Assembly (NCBI GenBank): GCA_030390025.1
Contig: CM059431.1
Coordinates: forward strand, 111,664,001 to 111,728,000
Source: Squalus acanthias
Taxonomy: Eukaryota
Direction: 5' to 3'
Length of the DNA: 64,000 nucleotides
Notes under the pieces: generated by a model
What the model saw: only the letters and a program-made list of their open reading frames with translations
The model's database searches: none
What the model was told of the DNA's origin: nothing
Program-made: the position numbers and the translations under genes
Part shown: positions 11,626 through 24,714 of the stretch, piece after piece
Position numbering within the stretch: the first letter of the stretch is position 1
How the letters are laid out: the number at the start of each line of letters is the position of its first letter

Positions 11626-12799
11626 AAAGACAGCGGCCATGTGAGAGAGAAAAAAAATTGGAAAAAAAGATAGGGGCAGAGGTTATGGTCTGAAATTGTT
11701 GAACTCGATGTTGAGTCCAGAAGGCTGTAAAGTGCCTACTCGAAAGATGAGGTGCTGTTCCTCAAGCTTACATTGAGCTTCATTGGAACAGTGTAAGAGG
11801 CCGAGGACAGAGTGGTCAGAGTGGGAGTGTAGCGAAGAATTAAAGTGACAGGCGACCGGAAGCTCGGGGTCACCCTTATGGACTGAGCGGAGGTGTTCCG
11901 CAAAGCAGGTCTAGCTTCTTGATAGCAATAAGGCCGAGAAACTATGGAATCGGGAAATATCTACAAAAGGGGCACAAACCAATTTAAACAAAAGTGCTTC
12001 GATTCATTGGTGCAAACAGAGATGAAACATATGAAGGAGGGAGGGAAGGAAGGAGAGAGGAAAAGGAAAGCTATGATTCGAAATAAGATCAAGTGGAATT
12101 ATTTGGGAGTTATGTTGCGGCAGGGGTAGGGATTCAACTGATTCATTAAATGGTGGATGGTGATTTGGATTTTTTGAAATAGTTTGCCATTACCATACAT
12201 GCGATTAGCAATTATCTCAAAAAATGGCTCTTCTGGGAATACAGTATACCCTGAATAAAAACAGATGGATTCCAAGTGAACTTTCCCAGCCTTTAACGGA
12301 AGTCAGATCGAAACTGCTGAGCCTATTAACCCACAGAGCTCCCTATGTCGCTCGTGTTTCCATTAAGCTGTCGTGTGAAACACAAGGACCAGGTCACAGT
12401 GGTCTCTATCACGCATTACAGTGCAGATAAATTAACAAAAATATGCTGAGATATTCATACACTAAACACTTCATTTAAGATGCTGGACGTCATCCAAGCA
12501 TCAGTGTACTGTGGACTTTCAAAAAGAAAGTTATTGAGCGACTGTTTTCACAAATTCCTAAACAAAAGCCCCAGTGTTTAAGAATTGCTGCTGCAACTAC
12601 CCTTATATGACCATGGAAGGTAATGAGGAACACAAGCATTATCTGGAACTCGTAGAATTACCGACCGTTTTCTTTCTGTGGCAGACAGATGTTAGTTTTA
12701 TTAATAACAGAACAATTTTTTTCCTACCAAGAAACAAAGGTTAAAGAGAGAAATTACACTGCTTGCTCAATTTTTCCAACCATTATAAGGACTACAAAC

Positions 12800-13190
12800 A
12801 AGCCTCTCCATGGCCCTCGCCCTTCCCTATTTCTGTCACCTCCTCCAGCCCTGCAACCCTCCGAGGTCCCTGCGCTCCTCCAATTCCAGCCGCTTGCGCA
12901 TCCCCGATTTTCTTCGCCCCCCCCCACCACCCCACCATTAGCGGCCGTGCCTTCAGCTGCCTAGGCCCCAAGCTCTGGAATTCTCTCCCTAAACCTCTCT
13001 GTCTCTCTCTCCTCCTTTAAGACGCTCCTTAAAACCTCTCTCTCTTTGACCAAGCTTTTGGTCGCCTGTCCTAATAGCTCCTTAGGTGGCTCGGTGTAAA
13101 ATTTTGGTTGATAGCGCTCCTGTGAAGCGTCTTGAGACGTTTACTATGTTAAAGGTGCTATATAAATGCAAGTTGTTGCTGTTGTTGTCC
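12800..13190 (+). mobile_element. L2 LINE 3' end
   Basis: GGRAFSCLGPKLWNSLP-type sequence, with the 3' end AAAGGTGCTATATAAATGCAAGTTGTTG. Confidence 0.85.
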
Positions 13191-14444
13191 TTCGAACCAG
13201 TTCAAATGGCAGTGCTAAGATATTGCAGCGCTAAGATATTGCAGCAAACTGCTGGAACCTCGTTTGCATGCGTGCAGTTTATTTACAGCCAGGCAGAACT
13301 ATATATTTATCTTAAAGCTTGATTTCCATGATAGTCAAACAACCATTGACCTAGGGACTGGATAGCAGTAAACTGTGCCCTTTTGCCTTTGAAATCTGGA
13401 TCTGAATCCTGGCTCCAGCGGATGAGATACAATTCTCCGTGTTTTGGCAACCGTAAATTCAGTCGAACAGATGGTTTGAGGCAGAAAAAGTACAAACTGA
13501 GCTTCAATACACTGAGCTAAAATCGGTGATCCACATGTTTATGCCACTGATTCAAGAAACGTTCCCCAAGCAAGACAGAAAATAATATCAGCCAGCAATC
13601 CCGTTCCTGATCCCTATACAGCGACCACTGCCAGAAAGTGTGTACCCATGGGCATGAAGTGAGGCAAGAATAGGATTGGGCTCAAAGACAAGGACTCCTT
13701 GGTCAGGATCACAATTGAAGAATGGCCGTTCGGGAGATGAACAGATCAACTGACAGTACTCATGAAACCGGAACAAGTCACCATCCTCAGAAGGTAATGG
13801 AAGAAAACAAGAATAAAACATTGTTCCAAATTGTTTTCTGAATTCAAGTCAAAAGGCGAGATTTTTTAAGCGGCTGAGCTCTTGTTCAGGTGTTTCAGGT
13901 GCAGTGTGCATATCAAATTCCAGCCGATGTTATTTCGGCAGAAGAAAATCATTCAAGGTTCCTGCTTTTGACTCTTATTACAAAGTATTGCAAAGTATTT
14001 GCAACAAAAAAACAGGCTGTTCGGCCCAACACGAGCCTCCTCCCACCCCTCTTCATCTAACTCAATCAACATATCCTTCTATTCCTTTCTCCCTCTTGTG
14101 TTTATCTAGCTTCCCCTTAAATACATCTATGCTATTCATCTCAACTACTCCTTGTGGTAGCGAGTTCCACATTCTAACCACTCTCTGTGTAAAGGAGTTT
14201 CTCCTGAATTCCCTATTGGATTTATTAGTGACTATCTTATATTGATAGCCCCTAGTTTTGGACTCCCCCACAAGTGGAAACATCTTCTCTCTACATCTAC
14301 CCTATCGAACCCCTTCATAATCTTAAAGACTTCTATCAGGTCACCCCACTGTCTTCTCTTTTCGAGAGAAAAGAGCCCTAGCCTGTTCAATCTATCCTGA
14401 TGGGTAGAACCTCTCATTTCTAGTTTCATTCTCCAGTGCATCTA

Positions 14445-14751
14445 CAGGTTGAGCGTCCTGAATCCGGCAACCTCGGGACCGAGGCCGAGCCGGTTTTCGT
14501 GTTTTTCAGGACTTCGGAACGTGTTTCCGATGTCCGAAGTCCGGAAATATCGCAACCTGGGCTCGGGCGTTTCCGGACTTCGGACATCAGAAACACGTTC
14601 CGAGTCCGGAAATGCCTGGGCCCAGGTTGCGGTTTGAAAGGGTGTCTGGATTCCGGAACATTTTACGGATTCCGGACGACCCTGCCACCAATCGTCCCGG
14701 AGTCCGGATTCCGGAACATTCCGGAACTCCGGATTTTGGACGCTCAACCTG
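14445..14751. mobile_element. Tc1/mariner (Tigger-like) MITE
   Basis: TIR CAGGTTGAGCGTCC / GGACGCTCAACCTG flanked by TA on both sides. The body is rich in TCCGGA motifs. Confidence 0.9.
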
Positions 14752-14990
14752 TATATCCTTTTTATAATATGGAGACCAAAACTGTTCACAATACTCCAAG
14801 TGTGGTCTAACCAAGGTTCCATACAATCTTAACATAACTTCTCTGCTTTTCAATTCTATCCCTCCAGAAATGAACCCTAGTGCTTTGTTTGCTTTTTTTA
14901 ATGGCCTTATTAACCTGCGTCGCTACTTTTAGTGATCTGTGTATCTGTAACCCCAGATCTCGCTGTTCCTCTACCCCATTTAGACACTTA

Positions 14991-15692
14991 GGGGGGAAAA
15001 TTCGGTGGCGCCCCCTTTGGGGCAGTAACTTCGCCAGGGTGCTACTTTTGAGCCCCGAAAAAGTTAGTGCCCCTATGCCGTAAATTCAGTGGCAGCGCCC
15101 CAAGCAGGAGGCAGGGCGCTACTGGAGCGTTCCCCCTCCTTCCTGGGGCGCTGCCATTGAATATCGCAGCACAACGTGCATCGGCAGGTAGCGCCACGAT
15201 ATTACAGGCCTCCCTAATCAGGGGAGGGGCCTAGTGCTGCGCGCACCGAGGCCCTGCTGGACCACCGGGGAGCCGGGAAAACAGCCTGGCACTCAAGAGG
15301 AGTGCCGGGCTGAGCGATCGCGGCCGGCACCCTGCATGAAGAAGCAGAAGGGGGCAGGTGCTGGCAGGCAGCTAAGGAAAAAATGTCCGCCCGGCACCTG
15401 CCCTTTAATTTGTGCCACCCCGGCCGCAAAAACGCCACCCTGACCCTGTCAGACATATCGTCCGCCGGTAGGTCAGGGGGCACGACCGAAGTTTGCAGCT
15501 GGGGTGTGAGCGGGGCGCTGCACACTGCGATGACGTCATCACCGGAGGCGCAGCGCCGCAGGGCGCTACCGGCTACCGTCGTCGCTAACCTCCCGCTGAA
15601 TTTCGCGGGAGGTGTTAGCGGCGCTGCGCCCGGGCGCTAGGGGCTTTGCGGGGGCACTAACGGGAGGCGCAAAGCAACCCAATTTTTCCCCC
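14991..15692 (-). mobile_element. Harbinger-type MITE family A, copy 2
   Basis: TIR GGGGGGAAAATT / AATTTTTCCCCC, flanks TTA/TTC. Reverse-complement similarity to 5427-6077. Confidence 0.85.
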
Positions 15693-16743
15693 TTCTTTTC
15701 CAAAGAGTTTGTTGCTCTTTATTCTTCCTACCAAAATGTATTGAAGTTCATTTGCCAATTACACACACATTGTGCAAGTTTATTAATGTCTTTCTGTATT
15801 TTGTCACAGTCCTCCTCTGTATTAACTACACCCTCCAATTTGGTGTCATCCGCAGATTTTCAAATTGCACTTCTGATCCCCAAGTCCAAATAATTTATGT
15901 AAATGGTGAACAACAGTGGTCCCAGCACCGATCCTCCTGGAACACCACTTCCCACCGTTATCCTGCAACCACTGCTGGATGTAGACATCAGGTGAGGACA
16001 AGATGCTCAGTTGTCATTCCCTTGTGATTGAATAGTCTGGCAACACTCACGAACAAAACTCAAACATGAATAATTTAAATCAAAAGAATGAAAACCAGGC
16101 AGGTTCTACAAAGGGTGGGCGATCTGCCCCAGCAGATTACTGCCCGGGCAGTGAAAACAAAAATCATTCCCAGTAAATATCACATTGAGAGCCTGTTATA
16201 TTCAGGTTAAAACTAATGCTCAGATTTATTTGCAGGTAAGACAATTACACCAATGTAGAAGAATACTGCAAGTACTCAACAGTACAATACTTGACTTACA
16301 TAATATCTAGAATAAAATGCCCATTCTGCCCCAACAACCACTAATTCAACTATTCCTTTCAAACAAAATTGCTATACCCCAGCTAATCTGTGGATCAAAT
16401 GGCCTATGGTGAGCAGACAATTCCATCTTGACCTGTTATTTCAAGAAAAATTAATCCGTTTATCTCTAGCCATATATAAAAATATTAAAATGCTTGTGTT
16501 TGAGATCTGACAGAACTTCTATTACACGGAGGAATATGTGACAAAAAAACCACGATCAAATTTGTCACATAATTGTCATATGCAGATTCAACCTTGTGAT
16601 ATAACAATTTTACCATTGTTACCAAAGTCTACCTGCTTTAAAGATTCCCCCAGCATAAGCATCCATTCATTAGGCTGAATTCTGGAGCTGCAAATGCAAA
16701 TAATTGGTGGGCAGCCATATTTCAGGAGTAGACAGGTTACTTG

Positions 16744-17198
16744 TGTCAGCCAGTGGCTCAGTTGGTAGCACTCTCGCATCCTATCAGAAGGTTGGTGGGT
16801 TCAAGTCCCACTCCAGAGACTTGAGCACAAAAATCTAGGCTGACACTCCAGTGCAGTACTGAGGGAGCACTGCACTGTCGGATGTGCCGTCTTTCGGATG
16901 AGATGTTAAACTGAGGCCCTGCCTACTCTCACAGGTGGATGTAAAAGATCCCATGGCACTATTTCAAAGAAGAGCAGGGGAGTTATCCCCGGTGTCCTGG
17001 GCCAATATTTATCCCTCCATCAACATCACTAAAACAGATTATCTGGTGATTATCACATTGCTGTTTGTGGGAGTTTGCTGAGCGCAAATTGGCGGCTGTG
17101 TTTCCTACATTATTACATCAGTGACCACACCAACGTGTAAAGCATTTGGGACGTCCGGTGGTCATGAAAGGCGCTATATAAATGCAAGTCTTTCTTTT
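16744..17198 (+). mobile_element. SacSINE1-like DeuSINE, near full length
   Basis: A-box GTGGCTCAGTTGG, B-box GGTTCAAGTCC, Deu-like core (GTAAAAGATCCCATGGCACTATT...TTGCTGTTTGTGGGA) and L2-like tail AAGGCGCTATATAAATGCAAGTCTTTC. Confidence 0.8.
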
Positions 17199-18039
17199 TA
17201 TATTCTCCTGAGAGGACAGCCTTGTAACAGTGACTGGGACTTTCAGTATTAACCCTTTAATAGCACAATAGCCACAACAGCAAAACAACATTGACATATG
17301 GACAAAATCAGCACAATGGGCTTGAAAACACGTTTGCAAAGTGCTTATGACCACAGTGCTGCTGTGTGCATGCTGACAAAATAAGATAACTTGCATCATG
17401 AAAAAAAAAACTGCCTTTACACACATAGCTGGCAAAAATTCTGCTGACATTCCGAGTAAGAGTCTGACGCACCTGGATTCTGTGAAGTGCTCATGCCAGC
17501 ACCGTAGCCACTAAAGAAAAAAAAAATCATCGTTTTCTTTGCTCTCAGGGGGGCAAAAAATGGTTTTGTAACAGGCTGAGAAAGATTGTGCGGGCTGGGT
17601 AGTAGCATAGGCACAACACAGGGGTCCAAAAGTCCACCGGCCATCCATTCCAGGGTATGTGCCAGGATGCCCTCACCAGTGATCTCCAGCACCCATCCCG
17701 TCAAAGTATGCAGGGTTGGGTGGTGGTGGGGGAGGTGGGGGGAATGTCACCCTATTTGCAGGAGCTCACACACCACCAAGGGTGTATTCTGGGAGCCCAT
17801 CAAAGGGGGAAGGATGCAAAAACGCATTCTCAAAGAAATAGAGCTCCTCATTTGGACATGCTTTAATGAGATGATCCTGGGAGCAATGGCTCCAGATGTG
17901 CTGCAGTGAGCTGCCCCTCCTTTCTGCTGATCAGCTAAATTGGTGACGTGAAGGCACAGAACGCCAGATGTGCTGGTGGCCCATTGGTGCTTCCACCGCA
18001 AGTAACTGAACCACTTTCACTGGAATTTACGTTACTGCT

Positions 18040-18480
18040 TGTCACAGAATCTTACAGCACAGAAGAAGGCCATTCGACCCATCCTGCCTGTGCCGGCTCT
18101 TTGAAAGAGCTATCCACGTCCCTACTCTTTCCCCATAACCGTGCAAATCTTTCCCCTTGAAGTATGAAGTATTTATCCAACTCCATTTTGAAAGTTACTA
18201 CTGAATCTGCTTCCAACATCCTTTCAGGCAGCGCATTCCAGATCATAACAACTCGCTGCATTAAAAAAATTCTCATCACCCCTCTGGTTCATTTGCCAAT
18301 CTGTGTCCTCTGGTTACCGACCCTCCTGCCAGTGGAAACAGCTTCTCCTTATTTATTCTATCAAAACCCTTCATAATGTTGAACGCCTCAATGAAATCTC
18401 CCCTTAACCTTCTTTGCGTAAAAGGAGAACAATCCCCAGCTTCTCTAATCTCTCCACATAACTCAAGTCCCGCATCCCTC
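18040..18480 (-). mobile_element. CR1 3' fragment
   Basis: RRLRGDFIEAFNIMKGFDR and QRVVMIWNALPE on the minus strand, plus the 3' tail. Confidence 0.85.
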
Positions 18481-18986
18481 TGCTTATAATGGTACTTCCT
18501 AGTCCACAGTGCCAAGTCAGCCAAGCAGCAGTCGAATGATTTGGCCACTGCAGGGCTCCCAGGATACGGTGCAATGCAGCAAAGTGCTCTGCAAGCAATC
18601 ACACTGCTGTGCAGTTAACAGACTGCAGTGAGTGGCATACCAATTCCGGCCATTTTCGAGAAACCAGGTAATACGAATTCTAACGAAGAGCACAAAGAGA
18701 AAACTCATCAATCTCTTCTCCTCTTCTCCCAAAGGCAATGACCCATGAAGGAGGGCAGTTTTGTAGGTATCAGAAGGCCGCAGGAATTCCTCGGTGCATT
18801 ATGCAATTCTGTAAGTGTTATTCTGCACTCGGAAGGCTATTCAACCACGACAGCAGCACGGCTGAGCCGTATCCCGTTCCTTGCCTGATGCCACGTGCAC
18901 GTATTTCCAGCAGGGGTCACCAGTAAGAGATGAGGAGCGGGAACCCTGGGTGATTTAGATTCTCCCATCCCAAGCTTGGAGACACT

Positions 18987-19605
18987 GGGCTGGATTTTGA
19001 ATGACCCGTGGAGTCGGGTTTGGAGGCGTGTGGGGGGTTAAAGTTGCAGATTCGGGGGTCCCGACCCCATCCCGACTCCATTCCACCTCCACGTAATTTT
19101 GACAAAATCAGTCGCAGGGTTCCCGACTCCGTCCCGCCTCCAAGAGGCGGGAGAGGCCATTAAAGCCCTTAACAAGCCCTAAATTGGCTCTGTAATGCCA
19201 TTTTGAAACGTTTTAGCTAGTTTAACCCTTTTCCGACGTGAAGTACGCCTGATGTGAAACATGCCAGTGAAACCTGGCGGGAGCACAAGTGGATAGCTGA
19301 CTATCAGCTGCAGGTCCACTATTACAATGGAGATGTGATGAAGGTAGTAGTAGTATTAGGTCTGAAAGTCGCCTCTGTGAGAGGACTTGGATGGAAAAAA
19401 AACTCTCTCTCTCTCTGCTGCTCATTTTGCATCCAGGTCCACTCACAGCAAAAGTCAGGCAGTCTCTGCAATGATGACATCATCAGAGGCGACTTTCAGA
19501 AGTTAAAATTGCATCATTCATCCACATTAATCTGCAGTCGGGGGGGGGTAAACACGAAATGCGGGTAACACGACCCCAACCCGACCCCAAGACAAAATCC
19601 AGCCC
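18987..19605 (+). mobile_element. Harbinger-type MITE family B, copy 2
   Basis: TIR GGGCTGGATTTT / AAAATCCAGCCC, TSD ACT/ACT. Confidence 0.9.
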
Positions 19606-19914
19606 ACTGAGGCGAATCACTAGCATCACCCGAGATAAAATCAACCACGTCAGACAAACGTGGAAAGTATGAGCCTCCTGGTCTGTACCACAGTGGGGTA
19701 TATTTTCAGATTTTTTTAAAATGCAACTGAAATTGCAGTTACCCTGTGATCCATCGAAAGTGCTAAGGAACAATTTTAATTGCTTTTTTTTTTAAAGCTG
19801 AAAATATGCCCATTGTGGTACAGAAAAATAGAATTTACTTAGGAAACTGTGACCTAATATGACAAACTATCTCCCAACTCGAGTTCATTACCCCATCCCA
19901 GACTATGATGATTC

Positions 19915-20335
19915 TGAACCAAGTCCTGTTCATCCATCGCCCCTGTGCTCGCTGGCCTACATTGGTTCCCCGTCCAGCAACGCACTGATATTAAAATTCT
20001 CATCCTTCAAATCCCTCCATGGCTTTGCCCCCTCCCTATCTCTAGAACCTCCTCCAGCCCTAAACCTTCTGAGATCTCTGCGCTCCTCTAATTCTGGCCG
20101 CTTGCGCATCCCTGATTTTCTTTGCTCCGACACCCGATCCGTCAGCTGCGTAGGCCCCAAGGTCTGCTGTTCCCTCCCTACACCTCTCCACCTCTCTCTC
20201 CTCCTTCCGTCAAATGTCACAGGAGCGTTATCAGACAACATTTGAGACCCAGCCACCCAGGGAGATATTATGGCAGGTGACCAAAAGCTTGGTTAAAGAG
20301 GTAGGTTTTAAGGAACGTCTTAAAAGGAGAGAGAG
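19915..20335. mobile_element. Two L2 3' fragments in opposite orientation
   Basis: Plus L2 sequence runs to about 20210, then reverse-complement L2 (GACCAAAAGCTTGGTTAAAGAGGTAGGTTTTAAGG). Confidence 0.7.
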
Positions 20336-20952
20336 GTATTCATTATCTTGTTTGTGCAACCCTGCTGTGTGCAAAATGTCTGTCCTGTGTGCCTACATAA
20401 CAACGCTAACTGCATTTCAAAATAAATCATGAAGTATTTTGAGAGCTTTGTCAGAGACATGATCAAACACAGTATGAATGCAGCCATCACTTTATCAGTT
20501 GTCCTGCTGTATCTTCCTCAGTTTTTGTTTTGCTTACACAGATATCAAATAACAGCAAGTTTGGAAACCATGATAGCCATCTGATATGTTGCTGGATAAT
20601 AACAACGTATTTGATGCCCACATTTTTCTAATGGTATGCGTATCTGCAGCTGGAACAATGCATTAGCTGGAGAGCTCTTTTCCGGCCAACACAGACACAA
20701 TGGACCGAATGGCCTCCTTCTGTGCCATAAATTTCTGTGATTTCTATGATTACATAACGAGATATTCAAAAAGTACCTGGACCATAGGCAGATTGTTTCA
20801 GATATCAGTCGAGACTGTCAGATTGGAAAATTGTATAAATATTGAGCCAAAAAAGCTCATAGTTAAATTCGAGGTACATTTTTTTGTGTGTGTGTGCTCA
20901 TTAAGGTGAGGGATGTTGGGAATGGAATACTTTTCCACTCTGGGCATTCAGG

Positions 20953-21098
20953 AGGTGAAATTCAACTTTGGCGTGGAGGGAAGATCGAGCAGTAGAAAAT
21001 CGGCCGCCCATTCCACACCCCACACGATTTTCCATTGGCTTCAATGGAAAGGAGAATCTACCACCCGTTTTACGTCCCAACAATGTTGAATTTCAACC
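20953..21098. mobile_element. Small MITE
   Basis: Imperfect TIR GGTGAAATTCAAC / GTTGAATTTCAACC. A related element lies at 47992-48133. Confidence 0.55.
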
Positions 21099-21182
21099 GC
21101 TCAGTGTCACCATCAATGGCTCCTGGGTCAGGTACAGCACAGGTGGTGTAAAGTTCTCTGTGCTCGCACCAAAAAATGAGCC

Positions 21183-21945
21183 GTAGAATCACACAGCACA
21201 GAAGGATCCCATTCGGCCCATCGTGCCTGTGCCGGCTCTCTGAAAGAGCTATCCAATTCGTCCCACTCCCTTGCTCTTTCCCCATAGCCCTGCAAATTTC
21301 TCATTTTCAAGTGCAGTAAACTCTTGTTTAAACGGCACTTTATCATCCGGAATACTTTAATAACCGGCAAAATAGATATATCTCAATACAAAACAACACC
21401 TCAATAACCGGTAATCTTGCCGATTCTACCATACATTTAACGGAACACTCTGTAGGTGAGTACCCAATTATACAGTACATTTCTTGATTTTTTATTTTTG
21501 TTTGTGTTAAAAATTGCCTTGGTAGGTATATCTCTCTGTTATCCAGAATTTTTCATCAACCGGTACCATCCTGGTCCCATAGGTGCCAGATAAGAAAGAG
21601 TTTACTGTATATATCCAATTCCCTTTTGAAAGTCAATACTGAATCTGCTTCCACCGCCCTTTCAGTCAATGCAATCCAGATCATGCGTAAACAAAAATCC
21701 TCATCACCCCCCTGGCTATTTTGCCAATTATCTTAAATATGTGTCCTCTGGATACCGAGAAACAGTTCCTGCCTATCTACTCTTATCAAAACCGTTCATA
21801 ATTTTGAACTCTAGCAAATCTCCCCTTAACCTTCTCTGCTCCAAGGAAAACAATCCCAGCTTCTCTAGTCTCTGCACATAACTGAAGTCCCTCATCCCTG
21901 GTACCATTCTGGTAAATATCCTCTGCACCCTCTCCAAGGTCACAC
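21183..21945 (-). mobile_element. CR1 3' fragment interrupted by a Tc1/mariner MITE
   Basis: CR1 tail at 21183-21310 resumes at 21608 (TATATCCAATTCCCTTTTGAAAG). Confidence 0.8.
21314..21607. mobile_element. Tc1/mariner-type MITE
   Basis: TIR CAGTAAACTCTT / AAGAGTTTACTG with TG/TA flanks. The ends are related to 48982-49335. Confidence 0.75.
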
Positions 21946-24714
21946 TCCCAGGTCTCAGAAAGGCCCCTCCTGCTTGTGCCTATGTAACCTGGCAGCATAA
22001 ACAGAAACAAATTACAAGCCATTTTTCACTTCAAGAGGCCTTTGAACCTTTCACCCAAGCACAGATTTATTTCTGTAAGTAAACTAGCACAGTACAGTAA
22101 ACATGCTTGGAATATTAGTTGTTTCTGGAGCTCCAACCCATCACCAGGCATGAGCCAGTTTGATTAACCTCTCTGCCGGGACACATAATTCCACTGAAAT
22201 TCAAAGAAAAATCATTCACACAATTTGATTCTAACTATCACCCTGCGGATCTGCATTAATTCACGTCAAAAGGTGCATCATCACAGTTGTTCAGCACTGG
22301 CAATCAGTCATACAGAATGGGCAGAACATTAGTCCCTACAAGGGCAAGTTAGTTAGCAGTTGACAGGCACTAGAAAAACTTCTGCCTAGTAATTATTGAA
22401 ATATTAATGCTGGCTTCGAGCACTTCCAGAAAAAGCCCACAACAGATGTTGAGTGCACTATAAATGCTTTTAGAGAAAATTAATACTTCAGCCTGCAGGA
22501 ATGAATGATGGCACATAACTGAGACCTTTTTTTTTTTACACGTTATAGTGGATTATCTGCCTAATATTCAAAGGATATGCATCGCCATGAATTTAGATAG
22601 AAATCCCTTTGCGCACAATAGACTTTTTTTTTAATGCTGAGAAAACAGCAATTTCCTCATCGACCAATTCTACAAAGATCCCAGCATCGTATGGGATCTT
22701 GGATGAGAAAAGGGAAATAGAGGAAAAAGCGTCTGATGTACCAAAAAACACCTGATTTTACAATGGAAGCAGTGCACTTCACCAGAACCAAAGGCAGCAG
22801 CAGTGAACAGATCAAACGTTCGACAATTTCAGGAGCATGCTCTACATTACAATACATCTAAATGAAGAGGTCGTTTTCTCAGAATGTCTCAAATTATTGC
22901 TTTTAAACATTATTTTTGTAATATTGCCTGTGTTCTAGCCTGAAATTACATTGCCCAAAACATCCTTATATGACAAGAGGGTGGGATTGGCCAGTGCATG
23001 GACATCTTGTGGATGTCATCAATACTGGCGATACCAATGAACGCATTTGCAACATTCTCTCCTTTCTTCAGATGAAGGAGTCTACCCAGTTCTCTCTTTA
23101 GAAGCCTCTACATGAATATCTGGTTAGGAACATGGGAGCTTTTGGGCTAGCACGAGGTGAACAAATACTCCAAACTTGGATTATTCTACTTGAAGATGCA
23201 CTTGAAGTGCCGTAACCTACAGGGCTACGGACCAAGAGCTGGAAAGTGGGATTAGGCTGGAGAGCTCTTTTTCGGCCGGCACAGACACAAATGGGCCAAA
23301 TGGCCTCCTTCTGTGCCGTAAACTTCTATGATTCCAAAGGGTATGGTATTTCTGGGGCTTCCAGGATAAAGGTGGTGGTTGGAGGGGGGAGTTAATGAGA
23401 AGCAGCAGGCCAGGCCTGAAAAATTGAGGTGTGATGATGGATCAGTATTCTGGAGTTTCACTTGATCAAGTTTGGTGATCAGGGAGTACCTATGCAGAAC
23501 TTTCCTGAGAAGATTGCATTTCTGGGGGTACCGGCCATGACGGGGGAGGGTATACATGTTTTCTGACATGAACCATGCCTCATGAATCAAATGGAGATTT
23601 TTTTTTTTAAATGGCATGTTTTCTCGTATCTTTCTTCCAATGGCCATTATTCAAGTAGCCGCCATGTGAGTTTACGCAGCGAATGTCAGCACACTAACCG
23701 ACTATTGTGGGCATCAAGTTAAATCCTCACTAATCTCTCTTAAACACACACCACACACACAGACACTCAACCTCTACTGGAGTGCCTAGATATCTATCAA
23801 CCGCACGAATCCTGGATGGTTTTTCCCTTCCATAGTGTGTGGACACCACGGCCAATGTTAATAGTCCATTGTCCACCCCAGCTGAGATCAGCTACCTCAA
23901 CACAGAAAATGAATCAAACATGGGACGTTCCTGGTCTTGACGGCAGAGTATCACGTCACACAGTGCATTTACCTACTGAGCCATCGGAGAAGCCTTAAAA
24001 ATGTATGTTTATTAAAAAAAAAACACAAGCATCCCAGATTATTTACCGGTTGTTTGCGTACAATGAATAAAACCACCGCCGGCTTTCGTTACTGCAGTTA
24101 ATTTGCCATTGGGTATTTCATTAACTTTTTGCTAATTCATTAAAAGCACTGAGTGCAATTAATCATCGTAGCAAAACTCTGCTGTTAACGAAAGGTTCTG
24201 CACTAAAGCTGGAGACAAGCTATTAATGAGATGAGGTAAAAGCTCAGAGGGTGACTGTTTCGTTCTCACTCTTTGGAGTTTTAATTGGAATTCAAATGAA
24301 GTCTCCTCAAATTTCAGTCGAACAAGGGCTAGAGAAAATAAGACGATTTTTAAAAAATTCGTGAGGAGTATTTTGTTGTCTTTCGAATAAAATATTTTTT
24401 CTTCTCCCAGTCCTCTTTCTTGAGTCCCACCACCTCCATCTCCAGTTGGCCAAGATCCTCAGCAACTCGCTCTCAGACCTCTGCTAAAGCCACGCTGAAT
24501 TAACTTCTAGGAGGAGAAAGGTAATTCTCTTTCCGCATGGAGATGCGTTTAACCTGCATTTGACATCCACCCACTATTGAGATTGTGAGGGTGGTGGGCA
24601 TTAACCAATGCCCTTGCATTCGTGATGCAGTGTGTCTGGGCTACGTGTTGCATCAACATGGCAGAGAGGAATCTGATATGTACCGTACTTGCATATTGTT
24701 AACTGAACTCTGAA

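Larger units (their letters stand above)
10190..11905 (-). mobile_element. Penelope-like retroelement 3' part, interrupted by MITE B and an HE1 SINE
   Basis: Minus strand 11683-11905 translates to AEHLRSVHKGDPELPVACHFN...KLEEQHLIFRVGTLQPSGLNIEFNNFRP*, the C-terminus of a Penelope GIY-YIG endonuclease. Removing the inserts restores colinearity with 30379-31960. Confidence 0.85.
14010..15955 (-). mobile_element. CR1 LINE fragment split by two DNA elements
   Basis: Minus ORFs give VMLRLYGTLVRPHLEYCEQFWSP, RLGLFSLEKRR and FTQRVVRMWNSLPQ. The pieces rejoin across the inserts at 14445-14751 and 14991-15692. Confidence 0.85.
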
